In this document: positions 1 to 10,956 of the stretch, piece by piece
Layout of the letters: each line of letters opens with the position of its first letter
Numbering within the stretch: position 1 is the stretch's first letter
From: an uncultured Acidobacteriota bacterium
GTDB taxonomy: Bacteria > Acidobacteriota > UBA6911
Assembly: GCA_963809485.1 (NCBI GenBank)
Contig: CAWEJX010000004.1
Span: 224,001-288,000, forward strand
DNA: 64,000 bases
Direction of reading: 5' to 3'
Program-made: the position numbers and the translations under genes
The notes under the pieces: generated by a model
What the model saw: only the letters and a program-made list of their open reading frames with translations
What the model was told of the DNA's origin: nothing
The model's database searches: none

Positions 1-1
1 G

Positions 2-934
2 ATGAATGCGGATGAGCGAAAAATCGGCTCCAAATTAGACAACATGGCCCGCAGAGGTTTGTTGTTCCGTGGCAAGAAGCAATACGTTGCCTGGGGCAAT
101 GCCCATCAACTAAACGTCCGGGTAATGTTCAGTTCGGACGAGAACACTCCTCCCAGGTATCTTGAGCTTCGAAAAACGGATATGCGCTATGAGGAATCGC
201 CCTATGCGGAGATAAATTTCTGGCTAAAGATATATGAAAATACCGGAAAGCCCTTGATCCGGGTGATCCCATCCCGCCTGGCAATTCTGGCTAACCCCAA
301 TATCAAGGCAGAGGAAGTCTTGTGGTATGAGGACATGGCAGAGCTGCTCAAGCGGGCCGATGTTATAGGTGTTGTCGATTGTGATTGTCGCCGCATCCAT
401 CAAAAATGCGATAAGCCGCTATTTACGTGCATGCACTTCGGAAAGGAGATCATCGAATACGAAACCGGCAGGGGCGGTCGGATGAAGGTGATTTCCTATG
501 AAGAAGCCCTGGCGATTTCGGACAATGCAGAGAGGGCAGGCCTCGTTCACAACACACCCGGCAATAGTGCCTCTCTGTCCGGTGTGATCTGTCATTGCTG
601 CAACGATTGCTGTTCAACCTTCGAACCCGCCCTGCATTCCGGAAAGATGAATCAGGTCGCTGACCCCAGCCGATACAGGCCTCGAGTGGAACCCGATCTC
701 TGCCAGGGCTGCCGACAATGCGTTCAGCGGTGTCCGTTTGGCGCCATTGAAATGGATGCGATTCCAAATTCCAAAAAGTCCAGGGCGAAAATCATTGTTG
801 AAAAATGCCTGGGATGCGGCGCTTGCGTACTTGGCTGCAAACAGACGGCCCTAACATTCGAAATCGTGAGACCGCCCGAATTTATTCCAGCTAAACCCGT
901 GTTGCCTTTGGGCGATGGAATGAAGATTCTATAA
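2..934 (+). CDS. 4Fe-4S dicluster-binding protein (probably 5'-truncated by the window edge)
   Basis: CxCR, CHCCxDCC and two CxxCxxCxxxC ferredoxin motifs (CQGCRQCVQRCP, CLGCGACVLGC). Confidence 0.8.
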   Translation: MNADERKIGSKLDNMARRGLLFRGKKQYVAWGNAHQLNVRVMFSSDENTPPRYLELRKTDMRYEESPYAEINFWLKIYENTGKPLIRVIPSRLAILANPNIKAEEVLWYEDMAELLKRADVIGVVDCDCRRIHQKCDKPLFTCMHFGKEIIEYETGRGGRMKVISYEEALAISDNAERAGLVHNTPGNSASLSGVICHCCNDCCSTFEPALHSGKMNQVADPSRYRPRVEPDLCQGCRQCVQRCPFGAIEMDAIPNSKKSRAKIIVEKCLGCGACVLGCKQTALTFEIVRPPEFIPAKPVLPLGDGMKIL

Positions 935-1124
935 TCCGGGCTGTTTTGCCCGATCAAAGGTTGGGCCGCTAACCGGATAAGGACAAGATAGGTTGCAAGC
1001 CGCCCGGATTGAGAATAGTATCGTCTTCATGTCACAGCTGCAGCAAAGGTCGCGCCTTGCAATCTTTACAAAAACCGGAACGAGGATTTTGAATGAATGA
1101 AACCTGGCCGGGATAGGAGGTCCT

Positions 1125-2342
1125 ATGAAGCGCAAGTCATCACGCAGGACGTTCCTGCAGGCGGGATTGATGCTGCCCGCCGCCGAACTCATCTCTTCAC
1201 ACGGCCTGGAAGCGGCCCCTCAGGCGCCCGGCGAAATTGTCTATAGAACTCTGGGCAAGACAGGGCTGAAACCCTCCGGCGTCGGGTACGGCCTGGGACA
1301 ATACCCCGATCCCGATATCATTGCGCGTTGCATTGAATTGGGCGTCAACTATTTCGATACAGGACGTATCTATGGGGGAGGCCACAGTGAGCGGATCTTC
1401 GGCATTTCCATCAAGGGTAAGCGGGACAAAGTCCTGATCTCCACTAAAAGCAGCGAAGCGACCCGGGAAGGTGTTTTAAAAGACATCGACACCAGCCTGC
1501 AAACGCTCGGCACTGATCACGTCGACGTCTACCTCCTGCACGGCAGGGATACACCAGAAAGAGCACCCGAAGAAGCCATTGAAGCTTTGCGGATGATCAA
1601 GAAGCAGGGAAAAGCCCGGGCTATCGGTCTCAGTACGCACGACCCCAACAATATGGTGGATTACATTATTAAATGTAATCTGGACGTCGTGCAAACCTCC
1701 TATAGCTATGTGATCGGCGGAGTTTACAGGGATGCGGCCATAAAAAAACTGCACGATGCCGGCGTCGGCGTGGTGGCCATGAAGCCGGTCATAGGCTTGA
1801 CCAATGCGCCCAGGGAAATGGGCCCCATGCCGGATTACTTTAATGAAAGGATGCTGAAAGCCTACGGCTTCACAACACCACCAAGGGATTTTTCCTATCA
1901 ACCCCCATTGAAAGCAGGGGAGGAGACCGGTATTGCGGCACTCAGGTGGGTCCTTCGAAATCCCGGGATCAGCACCACGGTTCCGCACCATGAGAGCGTC
2001 CATGAGCTCGAGATGAATATCCGGGCTATGACGGGATCGTACACTCCGGCCGACGAGAAGCTTTTGTATGTGCGGAAAGAAGAAAACAGCCCGCTTTATT
2101 GCCGCATGTGCTATCAGTGCAAAGGCCAATGCCCGAAGGGCGTTCCTGTGACGGACGAATTGCGGTTCCTGGCCTACAACGACTTCGGCCGCAGCCTTCA
2201 ACAGGCGCGCCTCAGCTTCATGGAATTGCCCAGGGAGGTCCGTAACCTGCGCTGCAGCGACTGTTCCTCGTGCGTCATTCAATGTCCGAACGGCGTCATG
2301 GTCCGGGAACGCCTGATCCGCGCCCAGGAGCTTCTGGCGTAG
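1125..2342 (+). CDS. Aldo/keto reductase with Tat-like leader and C-terminal 4Fe-4S dicluster
   Basis: SRRTFL twin-arginine motif; YRTLGKTG, NYFDTGRIYG and ISTK AKR motifs; C-terminal CRMCYQCKGQCP and CSDCSSCVIQCP; GGAGG RBS. Confidence 0.85.
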   Translation: MKRKSSRRTFLQAGLMLPAAELISSHGLEAAPQAPGEIVYRTLGKTGLKPSGVGYGLGQYPDPDIIARCIELGVNYFDTGRIYGGGHSERIFGISIKGKRDKVLISTKSSEATREGVLKDIDTSLQTLGTDHVDVYLLHGRDTPERAPEEAIEALRMIKKQGKARAIGLSTHDPNNMVDYIIKCNLDVVQTSYSYVIGGVYRDAAIKKLHDAGVGVVAMKPVIGLTNAPREMGPMPDYFNERMLKAYGFTTPPRDFSYQPPLKAGEETGIAALRWVLRNPGISTTVPHHESVHELEMNIRAMTGSYTPADEKLLYVRKEENSPLYCRMCYQCKGQCPKGVPVTDELRFLAYNDFGRSLQQARLSFMELPREVRNLRCSDCSSCVIQCPNGVMVRERLIRAQELLA

Positions 2343-2387
2343 CCCTGCATTTCCTCGCAGGTCCCAGCCCGGCTGGTAATGCTGATA

Positions 2388-2452
2388 AACGCTGATTCCC
2401 CCAAAAAGTCTTTTCAGCGTTCGTCAGCGGATGTCGGCGTAAGTCAGCGTTT
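2388..2452. repeat. TCAGCG intergenic repeat family copy
   Basis: tcagcgttcgtcagcggatgtcggcgtaagtcagcgtt, preceded by inverted aacgctga. Confidence 0.7.
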
Positions 2453-2503
2453 TTTAGGGCGGTGGGTGAATACCAGCTTTTGGATTCAGAAAGAAGGAGC
2501 TAT

Positions 2504-2941
2504 ATGCCCGATACCAAATTCGGAAAATATTTCACCACGGATGTGCTCAAGGAAAGCCCCAAGTTCCCGGGGCTGTGGGACTGCTCATCGACGCGGCATC
2601 TGAAAGGATTCGGGGGAGGACATCTCTCCGTGGACTGCATCTTCATCACCAGGCCGTTTGTTATGGTCAGCCAGCCGCACCGGCATGAATTCCCCCAGTA
2701 TCTTCATTTCTTTTCCGCAACCCAGGACGACCAGAAGATCTTTGACGCCGAGATCGAGATGACCCTGGGCGAGGACGAAATCCACGGGGAAAAGCACATC
2801 ATTACCCGGCCCACAGCGCTTTATATCCCGGCCGGCATTTTCCACGGCCCGCTGAATTTCAAGGTCATCAACAAGCCCGTGGTTTTTGTAGACATCGCCC
2901 TCGCCGGTGAATACAAGAGGGTAAGCAATACACCCGATTGA
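2504..2941 (+). CDS. Cupin-like hypothetical protein (paralog of 27412 and 52437)
   Basis: AGGAG RBS before ATG 2504; PHRHEF...AEIEMTLGE...YIPAGIFHGPL metal-binding cupin pattern. Confidence 0.7.
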   Translation: MPDTKFGKYFTTDVLKESPKFPGLWDCSSTRHLKGFGGGHLSVDCIFITRPFVMVSQPHRHEFPQYLHFFSATQDDQKIFDAEIEMTLGEDEIHGEKHIITRPTALYIPAGIFHGPLNFKVINKPVVFVDIALAGEYKRVSNTPD

Positions 2942-2945
2942 GTTG

Positions 2946-3040
2946 TCAGCCTTCATCAGCGCTTTTGTCAGCGTACGTCCGCGTGATAAAATTCGGCGTC
3001 TGCCAAGCTCCATGAGTTCCCCAGCAAAGCTGGGGGTTTG
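2946..3040. repeat. TCAGCG repeat followed by IS200/IS605-like end hairpin
   Basis: tcagccttcatcagcgcttttgtcagcgtacg, then tgccaagctccatgagttccccagcaaagctggggg. Confidence 0.65.
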
Positions 3041-3050
3041 CCGACATATT

Positions 3051-3975
3051 ATGGAAATCGTTTCCCCGCAGAGTGCGATTATCACCAACATTCAGGGCTT
3101 TTCCATTCATGATGGACCGGGGATTCGAACGGTGGTCTTCTTCAAGGGTTGTCCGCTGTCGTGCAAATGGTGCGCGAATCCCGAATGCCTGTCGGGAAAG
3201 CCCCAGATGGGTTTTATTGAAACCCTCTGCGCAGATTGCGGCAAGTGCCTGGAAATCTGCACAAACAACGCCATTCGTCGCGGCGAGGGCGAGCACCGTA
3301 TCGATTATTCCCGCTGCACATGCCTGCGGCAATTGCAGGGATCATTGCTACTACGGCGCCCTGGTCCGATATGGCGAATCCATGACCGTTGCCGAGGTTT
3401 GGGATGCCGTCAGGCGCGACAAGATGTTTTACGATAATTCCGGCGGCGGGGTGACGGTTTCGGGAGGAGAGCCATTGCTCTGGTCGAAATTCGTCCGGGA
3501 ACTGTTTGAGCTGAGCCATCAGGAGCGAATCGATACCTGCATGGAAACATGCGGATTGGCCGATCCGGAGGCGTTGCTCGATGTCATTCCGGTGACGGAT
3601 CACTTTCTGTTTGATCTGAAACACATGGATTCGGACATCCACAAAAAGTACACCGGACAGTCCAACGGTCAAATTCTGAAAAATGCCGCGCTGGTCCTGG
3701 AGCGCGGGGCGGACGTGGTCTTCCGCCAGCCGCTTATCCCAGGGATAAACGATTCCATCGCGAATATCGAGGCGACCGCCGGATTTTTGACCAGCCTCGG
3801 CAAAAATGCTGCAAGGCTTCAGCTTATGCCTTACCATCGAATGGGTCAGAGCAAGTACAAGGCGCTCAATATACCGTGCATAATGGAAGAATCGGGCATT
3901 GCAGATGACGAGCAGGTAGAGGCAGTCAAGAAGGCCTATATCGACCGTGGCATAGACTGCACGATTTCACGGTAA
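3051..3975 (+). CDS. Glycyl-radical enzyme activating enzyme (radical SAM), frameshifted near 3320
   Basis: HDGPGIRTVVFFKGCPLSCKWCANPE; ferredoxin insert split across two frames; GGVTVSGGEP; LMPYH. Confidence 0.9.
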
Positions 3976-3995
3976 CATGAATATTGAGGCACAAA

Positions 3996-6445
3996 ATGGT
4001 TGAAATAAACAAGCAACTCCTCAGTCGGATCGATGCGCTGCAACTCAGCGAACGCAATCAGCAATGGAAGCAGGCCATGAAAGCATCCGGCTGGAAGCTG
4101 TTCGCCGACAGGGAAAAATGGACGGTAGCCTCCTGGCGTGAAACAGAGGGGGAGGACATCCAGATACGCCGCGCCAAGCTCTTTAAGAAGATCGTCGAGA
4201 ATATCGAGATCCGCATTCACGATTTCGACGTGATTGTGGGCCGTCTGACACCCGGCGTCATAGGATGTGCGACATCGTTCGATGTTTGCGGCGACTATAT
4301 CCCCGACATCTGGAAGGACACGGCCGAGCTCAATATCACGATGGACGCCAATGTCGGCATGGATCCCGAAAGCATCGAGATTCTGCGCGACAGCGCTCGG
4401 GAATTTCGCGGCAAGACGGCGCCCGAGATGACCTATAAGGCGTGGGAAGCGGTTGTCGGTTCGTGGATAAAGGATGCAGAGGCGGCGAAGCTGAAGGATC
4501 CCACTCTGGATAGCGGGATATTCGGGCAAACCACATCCGTGCTGATGTGGAAAAAGATCCTCGGCAAGGGCCTCCGGAGTTTCATCCAGGAAGCCCAGGA
4601 GCATATTGATGCGTTTATCGCAAACCGCGAGACCAATATCGACAAGCTTTACTTCTGGAAATCCGCCATCATTGTCTGCGAAGCGGCGATCCATCATGCG
4701 CGCAGATATGCCGCTCTTGCAAGAGAAATGGCTGAAGCGGAAACGCGTCCGGACCGCAAAGCCGAGCTGCTTCAAATTGCGGACGCTTGCGAACACGTGC
4801 CCGAAAATCCGGCCCGGACCTTCCACGAAGCCCTTCAGTCCATGGCCATTGTCGGCGTGTGCAAGAACTACGAGCATCCGATGCACAACAATCCGCAGTG
4901 GGGACGCGGCGACCAGTATCTGTATCCCTACTTTATCCAGGACATCAACAACGGCACCCTCACGCTGGAAAAAGCCGCCGAACTGCTGGCAGAACTCATA
5001 GGCCGTTGGGGCACTCAGACTTTTGTCGCTTCCGAAAGCACTCAAGGAGTCTCATCAGATCAATTTCGGAATCAATAACATCATGATCGGCGGAGTGGAC
5101 AGGAACGGGAGCCGACTGTTCAAACGAATTAAGTTATCTTTTCCTGCACGTCATCGGGCTCCTGCAGCTGTCGTCTCCGACCCTGGGACTGCGCTGGAAC
5201 AAGGCTACGCCCCATTGGCTGATGAACAAAGCCATCCGCACCAACATGGCCACAAAGGGAGGCATCCCTCTTTTTGAGAATGATGAAGTCGTGATTTCGC
5301 ATTTCCTGGAAGACGGAATTCCCATGGATGAAGCCGCGGAGTGGTGCGGTTTGGGTTGCGTGTATCCCTGCCTGCCTTCGAGAGCAGAGCATTACGGCGC
5401 CGAAGGCGTGGCTGCCTGCAACATGGCTGCCATGCTTCATCTGGTCCTTCACAACGGCGTGGATGTGAACGGCAAGCGCACGGGATTGGAAACGGGCGAT
5501 CCGAAAGAGTTTAAAAGCTTTGATGAGCTATACGACGCTTTGATGAAGCAGCACAGGTTCATCACCCATCGCACTTTCTGGCTGGCCGCCATCGCTCGAA
5601 AGGAACAGTCCAAACACGTAAGGCTGCCCTTTTTGTCGACCATGGGCATTCAGACATGCATGGACTCTGGGACAGGATCTGCTTGATTCCGGATCCTGAC
5701 TCCTGCATGTTCGGCATTTCCGACAGAGCCATTATCGATGTCGCCGATTCTCTTATGGCCGTAAAGAAGCTGGTATTTGATGAAAAGAAACTGACCATGG
5801 ACGAGCTTCTCAAGGCGCTGGACAGCAACTTTGACGGCAAGCGCGGCGAAGAAATCCGGCAGATGTGCCTGGCACAACCCAAATTCGGCAATGACATCGA
5901 TGAGGTGGATCTGCTTGCCAAAAAGATCAGCGAAGATTCCTATCAAATCATCCGCAGCTACGACAACTCGCCTTTCCGCAACTACATGATCGCGAGAGAA
6001 GGTCTTGCCTGGCACTATTTCGGCGGACTCGGAGTGGGCGCTTTGCCTAACGGAAGGAAGGCTTTCGAACCGCTCAACGACGGCTCTGTGTCCCCGATGA
6101 GAGGCGCCGACAAGAACGGGCCGACCGCCGTGCTTCGCTCCGCGATCAAGGCGGGATTCAAAGAGTCCCATGCCTCGGTCCTGAATCAAAAATTTTCCGC
6201 TGCAATGCTTCGGAGCAATGAAAGCATCGACAAGCTTGTGGCCTACACCAATGCATTCATGCCGAACGGCGGTTCGCATATTCAATACAACATGGTGGAC
6301 ACGCAATGAATTGAGGGATGCCAAGATTCACCCCGAAAACCACCGCGACCTCATCGTTCGCATCGGGGGATTCAGCGCTTACTTCACGCAGCTGTCTCCC
6401 GGCATTCAGGACGATGTCATCAACAGGAACGAGCACAGCCTGTAA
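3996..6445 (+). CDS. Glycyl radical enzyme (PFL-like family, substrate unknown), split by about four frameshifts
   Basis: Consecutive ORF pieces give GRGDQYLYPY, Cys loop GLGCVYP, PKFGND, ALPNGRK, HIQYN and the C-terminal Gly-radical motif RIGGFSAYF. Confidence 0.88.
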
Positions 6446-6555
6446 TCCGGCAGTTTACGGATGAATCACTCCGGCCCGCAGCGTTGTGGAAAAGTCTACC
6501 CGCGCTCCGACTGAAGGCGCTTGAGAAGAGCCTGGTTTGGAAGCCGGTTTGGATC

Positions 6556-6596
6556 TCAGCGTTCATCGGCGCTTTTATCAGCGTATATCGGCGTTA
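6556..6596. repeat. TCAGCG intergenic repeat family copy
   Basis: tcagcgttcatcggcgcttttatcagcgtatatcggcgtta. Confidence 0.75.
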
Positions 6597-6724
6597 CAAG
6601 ATCCTATAGCCCTCAGATTCTTAGGAATACTCAGCAGCTCCAGCGGATCGCCGAGCCGGCAATTCGGGCTGGCTGGTGCATTCGTCGGATTGGCCGCAAG
6701 TCCACAGCTCTCACAGGAAGAAAC

Positions 6725-7999
6725 TTACTTTTTCGCTTTTATGTCGTAGCACCAGAGCATGTTGAGATCGCGGATATACAATTTGCCGTCCGCTATTACG
6801 GGATAAGCCCAGGCTTTTTCCATGGGGTTGCCATGCTTGGGTTGGTCGGGCGGCGTGAAACGTCCGCGTTCTCGGTACGCCTCAGGCGACGCCTCGATGA
6901 GCGCCATCTCCCCTTCTTCGCCGTGCAGATACAAAAGCCCGTCGGCGAAAATCATCGAGGCGGGAGCAATGCTGCGTTCACTCCATTTGACCTGGCCGCT
7001 CTTAAAATCGACGCACAGGACTGCCGTCTGGCTGCTGCCGTACAGGTAGTCGCCCACAAGCACTGTGCCCCCGATCGCGGTAGGAAGCTTAGGATCGAAG
7101 TATGCTTCCTCGGCCGTGACGGATCCCTGCGAGGCTTTGAGTCTTACGGCTCCGCCACCGACGCGGTTTGCTCCGCCGTATACATACCCGCCGCCGGCAA
7201 CCGGCGTCTGGATGCTCATTCCCAATGCGCCCTTGTTCTTTTCATAGCTCCATAGGAGCTTCCCGGTCTTTGCCTCCACGCCCACAAGCCCGTTTGAGGT
7301 ATAGGCGATGTACTGCTTGATGCCGCCGGTGTTATCGATGATGATCGACGCGTAACCGGCCATTTCGCCGGCGGGGAGGGCGGATTTCCAGATTACTTCC
7401 CCATTCCGCTTGTTGAGGGCGACGATGGTTGCATCCTTGCCTCCGGGCGTACACGCCAGCACGTCGCCATCCACCAGGGGCGACTCGGCATAAGCCCAGG
7501 TTGGCGGAAGTCCGTTGAAGTCGCTGCGTAGGGATTTATGCCAGCGCACCTTTCCGGTGGCCGATTCCAGGCAGACAAGATCGCCGTCCGAACCGAGGGC
7601 GTAAAGAACCGCTCCATCCACCGTGGGCGTGGATCTGGCTGCGGGGAAATTGGGTTTCTGGTCCGGATTGCCGACCTTGCCGATGCGGGTGGACCAGAGC
7701 TTCTTGCCGTCTTTCACGTCCAGGGCTTCGACAAACTCGTCCTCCAGCCCTCTGTTACTCATGATGTAAATGCGTCCGCCGGCTATGGACGGTGTGGCAT
7801 AGCCGCTTCCCAGGTCGTTGATCTGCCAGAGAAGCTTCGGCCCTTCGCTGGGCCACTCTTTCAGCAGCCCTGTTTCACGGGAATGGCCGTCCCGGTTCAC
7901 CCCGCGCCACTGCGGCCAGTCATATGCCCAAGCCAGGGCCGCCGACAATAGAAGCACTGAGAGCACCAACCAACCCTTGCTCCGATTGAAATTGCCCAT
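6725..7999 (-). CDS. Secreted PQQ-binding-like (BamB-like) beta-propeller protein
   Basis: Signal peptide then DWPQWRG; repeated D/E.KTGK.LW blades; WAYPVIADGKLYIRD terminus. Confidence 0.85.
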   Translation of the reverse strand: MGNFNRSKGWLVLSVLLLSAALAWAYDWPQWRGVNRDGHSRETGLLKEWPSEGPKLLWQINDLGSGYATPSIAGGRIYIMSNRGLEDEFVEALDVKDGKKLWSTRIGKVGNPDQKPNFPAARSTPTVDGAVLYALGSDGDLVCLESATGKVRWHKSLRSDFNGLPPTWAYAESPLVDGDVLACTPGGKDATIVALNKRNGEVIWKSALPAGEMAGYASIIIDNTGGIKQYIAYTSNGLVGVEAKTGKLLWSYEKNKGALGMSIQTPVAGGGYVYGGANRVGGGAVRLKASQGSVTAEEAYFDPKLPTAIGGTVLVGDYLYGSSQTAVLCVDFKSGQVKWSERSIAPASMIFADGLLYLHGEEGEMALIEASPEAYRERGRFTPPDQPKHGNPMEKAWAYPVIADGKLYIRDLNMLWCYDIKAKK

Positions 8000-8159
8000 G
8001 ATTCTTTCTCCTATTTCATTGCATCCTGCGACCTGCCGAGGAGGATGCGCACCTTTTGGGTCCGCCGATAATGCCAGGAGTCTGCACTTTTGCACATGCT
8101 TTCCCGGATTTCCCTTTCGCCAAAGCTTAGACGTTAGGAACAATCTCGATTTCGGATTC

Positions 8160-8403
8160 AATTATAAGCCTGTATTTGATCCACAAGACGATCTCGTCGC
8201 ATTTTTGGAATGCGGCCGCTCGCCTTGACCTCTCCGTCCATGACCGGCCCTGGTGTCGCCATTATGCCGTACTTGATGATTTAATCAATTGTCTCGGCTT
8301 TTTCCAGATCGGCTTTCACCCCAGACGCGGCAATCGCCTTTTCTGGTTCGGCATTTGGCTTTATGCATTGGGGGCACCCTGTACCCGGGACTTTGATTTT
8401 CAT
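8160..8403 (-). pseudogene. Degraded MTH895/ArsE-type small redox-active disulfide (thioredoxin-like) gene
   Basis: Manual translation MKIKVPGTGCPQC...KADLEKAETID*IIKYGIMATPGPVMDGEVKASGRIP; in-frame TAA at 8281-8283; absent from the ORF track. Confidence 0.75.
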
Positions 8404-8770
8404 GTTCTTTCTCGCTTGCACATGGCTTTTGAACTCAACGTTTAACCAAATTTACTGAGTCGAGCCTCTGTGCACCGACATAGCGGCATATAAATGGGGA
8501 ATGCTCCCGGTTGTTTAACAGAAGCCGGAGTATCTTGCATTCCGCAGGCGCCTTCAGGAGTTTGACTTTTCGCCCTGCACTCAATGCGGGGGATGCGACT
8601 ATTTCGAGTCGAATCAGGAAGATTGCATCGGCAGCCCGTTTCCGGCTTGCGGCGGCTGCCTGTGGGCGCAGGGCATCATCCAATGCCCCTGACAAAAGAT
8701 ATCAGGAGGCTCAGCATAGCAAGGAAGCGCTGAGCCCTCTCCTGTCTTCTGACGATACTTCACCTTCATT

Positions 8771-8802
8771 ATCAGCGCTTTTGTCGGCGTATGTCAGCGT
8801 TA
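8771..8802. repeat. TCAGCG intergenic repeat family copy
   Basis: atcagcgcttttgtcggcgtatgtcagcgtta, just past the metG stop. Confidence 0.7.
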
Positions 8803-8812
8803 CCAAACGCTT

Positions 8813-10816
8813 TCAGAATTGAATCTGGCTCGGGTGCTTGGGAAAAAAATCGACTCGGGGTTCCAGGAAACGAAGCTTATGCTCCCCTGGATCCTTCATG
8901 AAAGCGTACAATGTGTCAAACGCCCGCTCCCAGCTCCAGAAGGACTCGTCAAATCCCAGGTATTCGCGGATCATTTCCGTACCGAATGGCGCGATCGGGT
9001 GAAGCATGAGCGCGGCCGTGCGGACGCGATGGAATGCGTCAATCAGCGCCTGACGCAGCACGGGATCGCTTCCGGAAAGCTCCCTTCCCGGAGTGCTTTT
9101 CACCGCCGCCGACCAGTTTTTGGTGATCGCCCGGACGTAATTGTCCGTAACCGCCATCGTCTGGTGGAACTCCTGCCGATGCATGGCAGCCTCATAATTG
9201 AGGAGAGCTTTGCCGCTTTCTTCCAGAACCTCCGGAGACACTTCGCCGGCCGGGACGCGGCCGTCAAAATACTTCTGGGCTGTATAAAAGCACGTTCGCA
9301 CTGCTTTGTTGAATGAATTGCACAGCAGGTTCCCTTCCTTAAGCACCGGATCGCCTTCGCGGGGATCCGCGTTCGGATTCAGGGGACGGGGCTTGAAACT
9401 GACGCTGCGGATGCCGAGGCCGAGGGAAACGAAGTGCGCCCGGAGTTGATCGGCTGTGTAATGGTCGAGGAGCTCGCGGGCCATCGGCGGCCGAATTTTG
9501 CCGCTGCTGCTTGCCTTTTTGTCGAAATACAGTATGTGGTTGTTCACAACCAGTTCCGGAAGCTGCAGGCAGCCATCCTCTGGATCGGCCGATACCTGCA
9601 GTCCCTGGACGCCCATGAACATGCTCATTTCGGCCAGACTGTAGAAATAGACATTGTCCTCGCCGATAAACTGATAAATATGGGACTCTTTCGACTCCCA
9701 CCATCGTTTCCACTCCGCCGCCTCAAAGCCCCGTGATTCCAGGTAAGCGGCTGAAAACGAAATCGGCGCCCAGAGCGATTCCGGCCATACCCAGAAAGTC
9801 AGCCCCTCAAGATCATCCTCCAGGTCCGGAGCCGGAAGCCCCCACTCGACATTCCCCGTCAGGCGGAACGGCACAAGCGTCTTGCCGTTCCGATACCGGA
9901 TGCCCGCGCGTCCAAGCACTTCATTTGCCGTTTCGCGATCGCCAAGAGCCTTGAATACAAGCCGGACAGGTTTGTTCGGCTCCTCGAAGAATTCGTGCTG
10001 CGGGAGGTCCTTCAAAATGGCTGCCAGCATTTCTCCCTGATCCGGCTTGACATAAATTGTCGGCGGTGCAAGAAACTCCTCGATTGCGCTCACGGCAAAC
10101 GGACGATACCCCGGAGTTTTCTTCTGAGCCTCGACCCAGCGTATGAGCTCGGTCCGGAAATCCTCGAGATGGATGTACCAGTTGGCCACGCTGCGCATTT
10201 CGGGAGTATCGCCCGTGATCGCGCTTTTGGGAGCGATCAGCTCCCGCGGCTCGTAAGGATGCCCGAGCGCGCATTCGTCCGCGTAGGCTTTTTCCGATTT
10301 GCAGCCGGGCACGGGGCAGCGTCCCACGACCTGGCGTCCATTCAGGAACACACCGGCCCTGTTGTCATAGAACTGCAGACTGCTGATCCGGCGAAGGAAT
10401 CCATTCTCATAAAGCGATCGAAAAAATGCCCCGCACATCTCGCGATGTATTTCCCCGGAGCGTCCGAATCCCGATGCGGCAAACAGATTGAGGCTGATCC
10501 CGTAGGAGTCCAGCACCTCTTTCTGCCGTTCGTGGTTCATGCGGACAAAATCCTCAATGCTGCCCTGGAATTCCCCGGCTTCGGTCATCTGCCGGTACTG
10601 CTCGACAATGGGCGATCCGTAGCAGTCGGTCCCTGATACGAAGATGACGTTCCGGGAGCCAATCCGGTCGCGCATGAATCTCGCAAATACGTCGGCATGG
10701 ACAAACATTCCGCCGATGTGTCCAAAATGCAGATCCTTGTTCCCATAAGGCATGCCGCCAGTGATGACGATGCGCTTGGGAAAAACGGGACGGACCGGGC
10801 CGGAATTCTGGTTCAT
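8813..10816 (-). CDS. metG: Methionine--tRNA ligase (divergent class I type)
   Basis: GMPYGNKDLHFGH (HIGH-like), SGTDCYG, Zn knuckle CPVPGC...DECALGH, WVWPES, FIGEDN, KASSS (KMSKS-like), anticodon-binding helical domain. Confidence 0.85.
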   Translation of the reverse strand: MNQNSGPVRPVFPKRIVITGGMPYGNKDLHFGHIGGMFVHADVFARFMRDRIGSRNVIFVSGTDCYGSPIVEQYRQMTEAGEFQGSIEDFVRMNHERQKEVLDSYGISLNLFAASGFGRSGEIHREMCGAFFRSLYENGFLRRISSLQFYDNRAGVFLNGRQVVGRCPVPGCKSEKAYADECALGHPYEPRELIAPKSAITGDTPEMRSVANWYIHLEDFRTELIRWVEAQKKTPGYRPFAVSAIEEFLAPPTIYVKPDQGEMLAAILKDLPQHEFFEEPNKPVRLVFKALGDRETANEVLGRAGIRYRNGKTLVPFRLTGNVEWGLPAPDLEDDLEGLTFWVWPESLWAPISFSAAYLESRGFEAAEWKRWWESKESHIYQFIGEDNVYFYSLAEMSMFMGVQGLQVSADPEDGCLQLPELVVNNHILYFDKKASSSGKIRPPMARELLDHYTADQLRAHFVSLGLGIRSVSFKPRPLNPNADPREGDPVLKEGNLLCNSFNKAVRTCFYTAQKYFDGRVPAGEVSPEVLEESGKALLNYEAAMHRQEFHQTMAVTDNYVRAITKNWSAAVKSTPGRELSGSDPVLRQALIDAFHRVRTAALMLHPIAPFGTEMIREYLGFDESFWSWERAFDTLYAFMKDPGEHKLRFLEPRVDFFPKHPSQIQF

Positions 10817-10956
10817 GCAGATCTCCTTAATTGCAAGGGATTATGATACACGACCTGCAGGCTGTTGGGGCAGGCTTTCCATGCTTGCGTCCATGCCGTA
10901 CTTCCTGCCGCTTTGCGGCGGCGGCTCAGGCGGGCATACATATTATTGATGGAAGG

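Noticed and set aside
6307-6309. TGA in the GRE C-terminus as selenocysteine
   Set aside because: The continuation is in a different frame, so this is an indel, and the position is not a Cys site.
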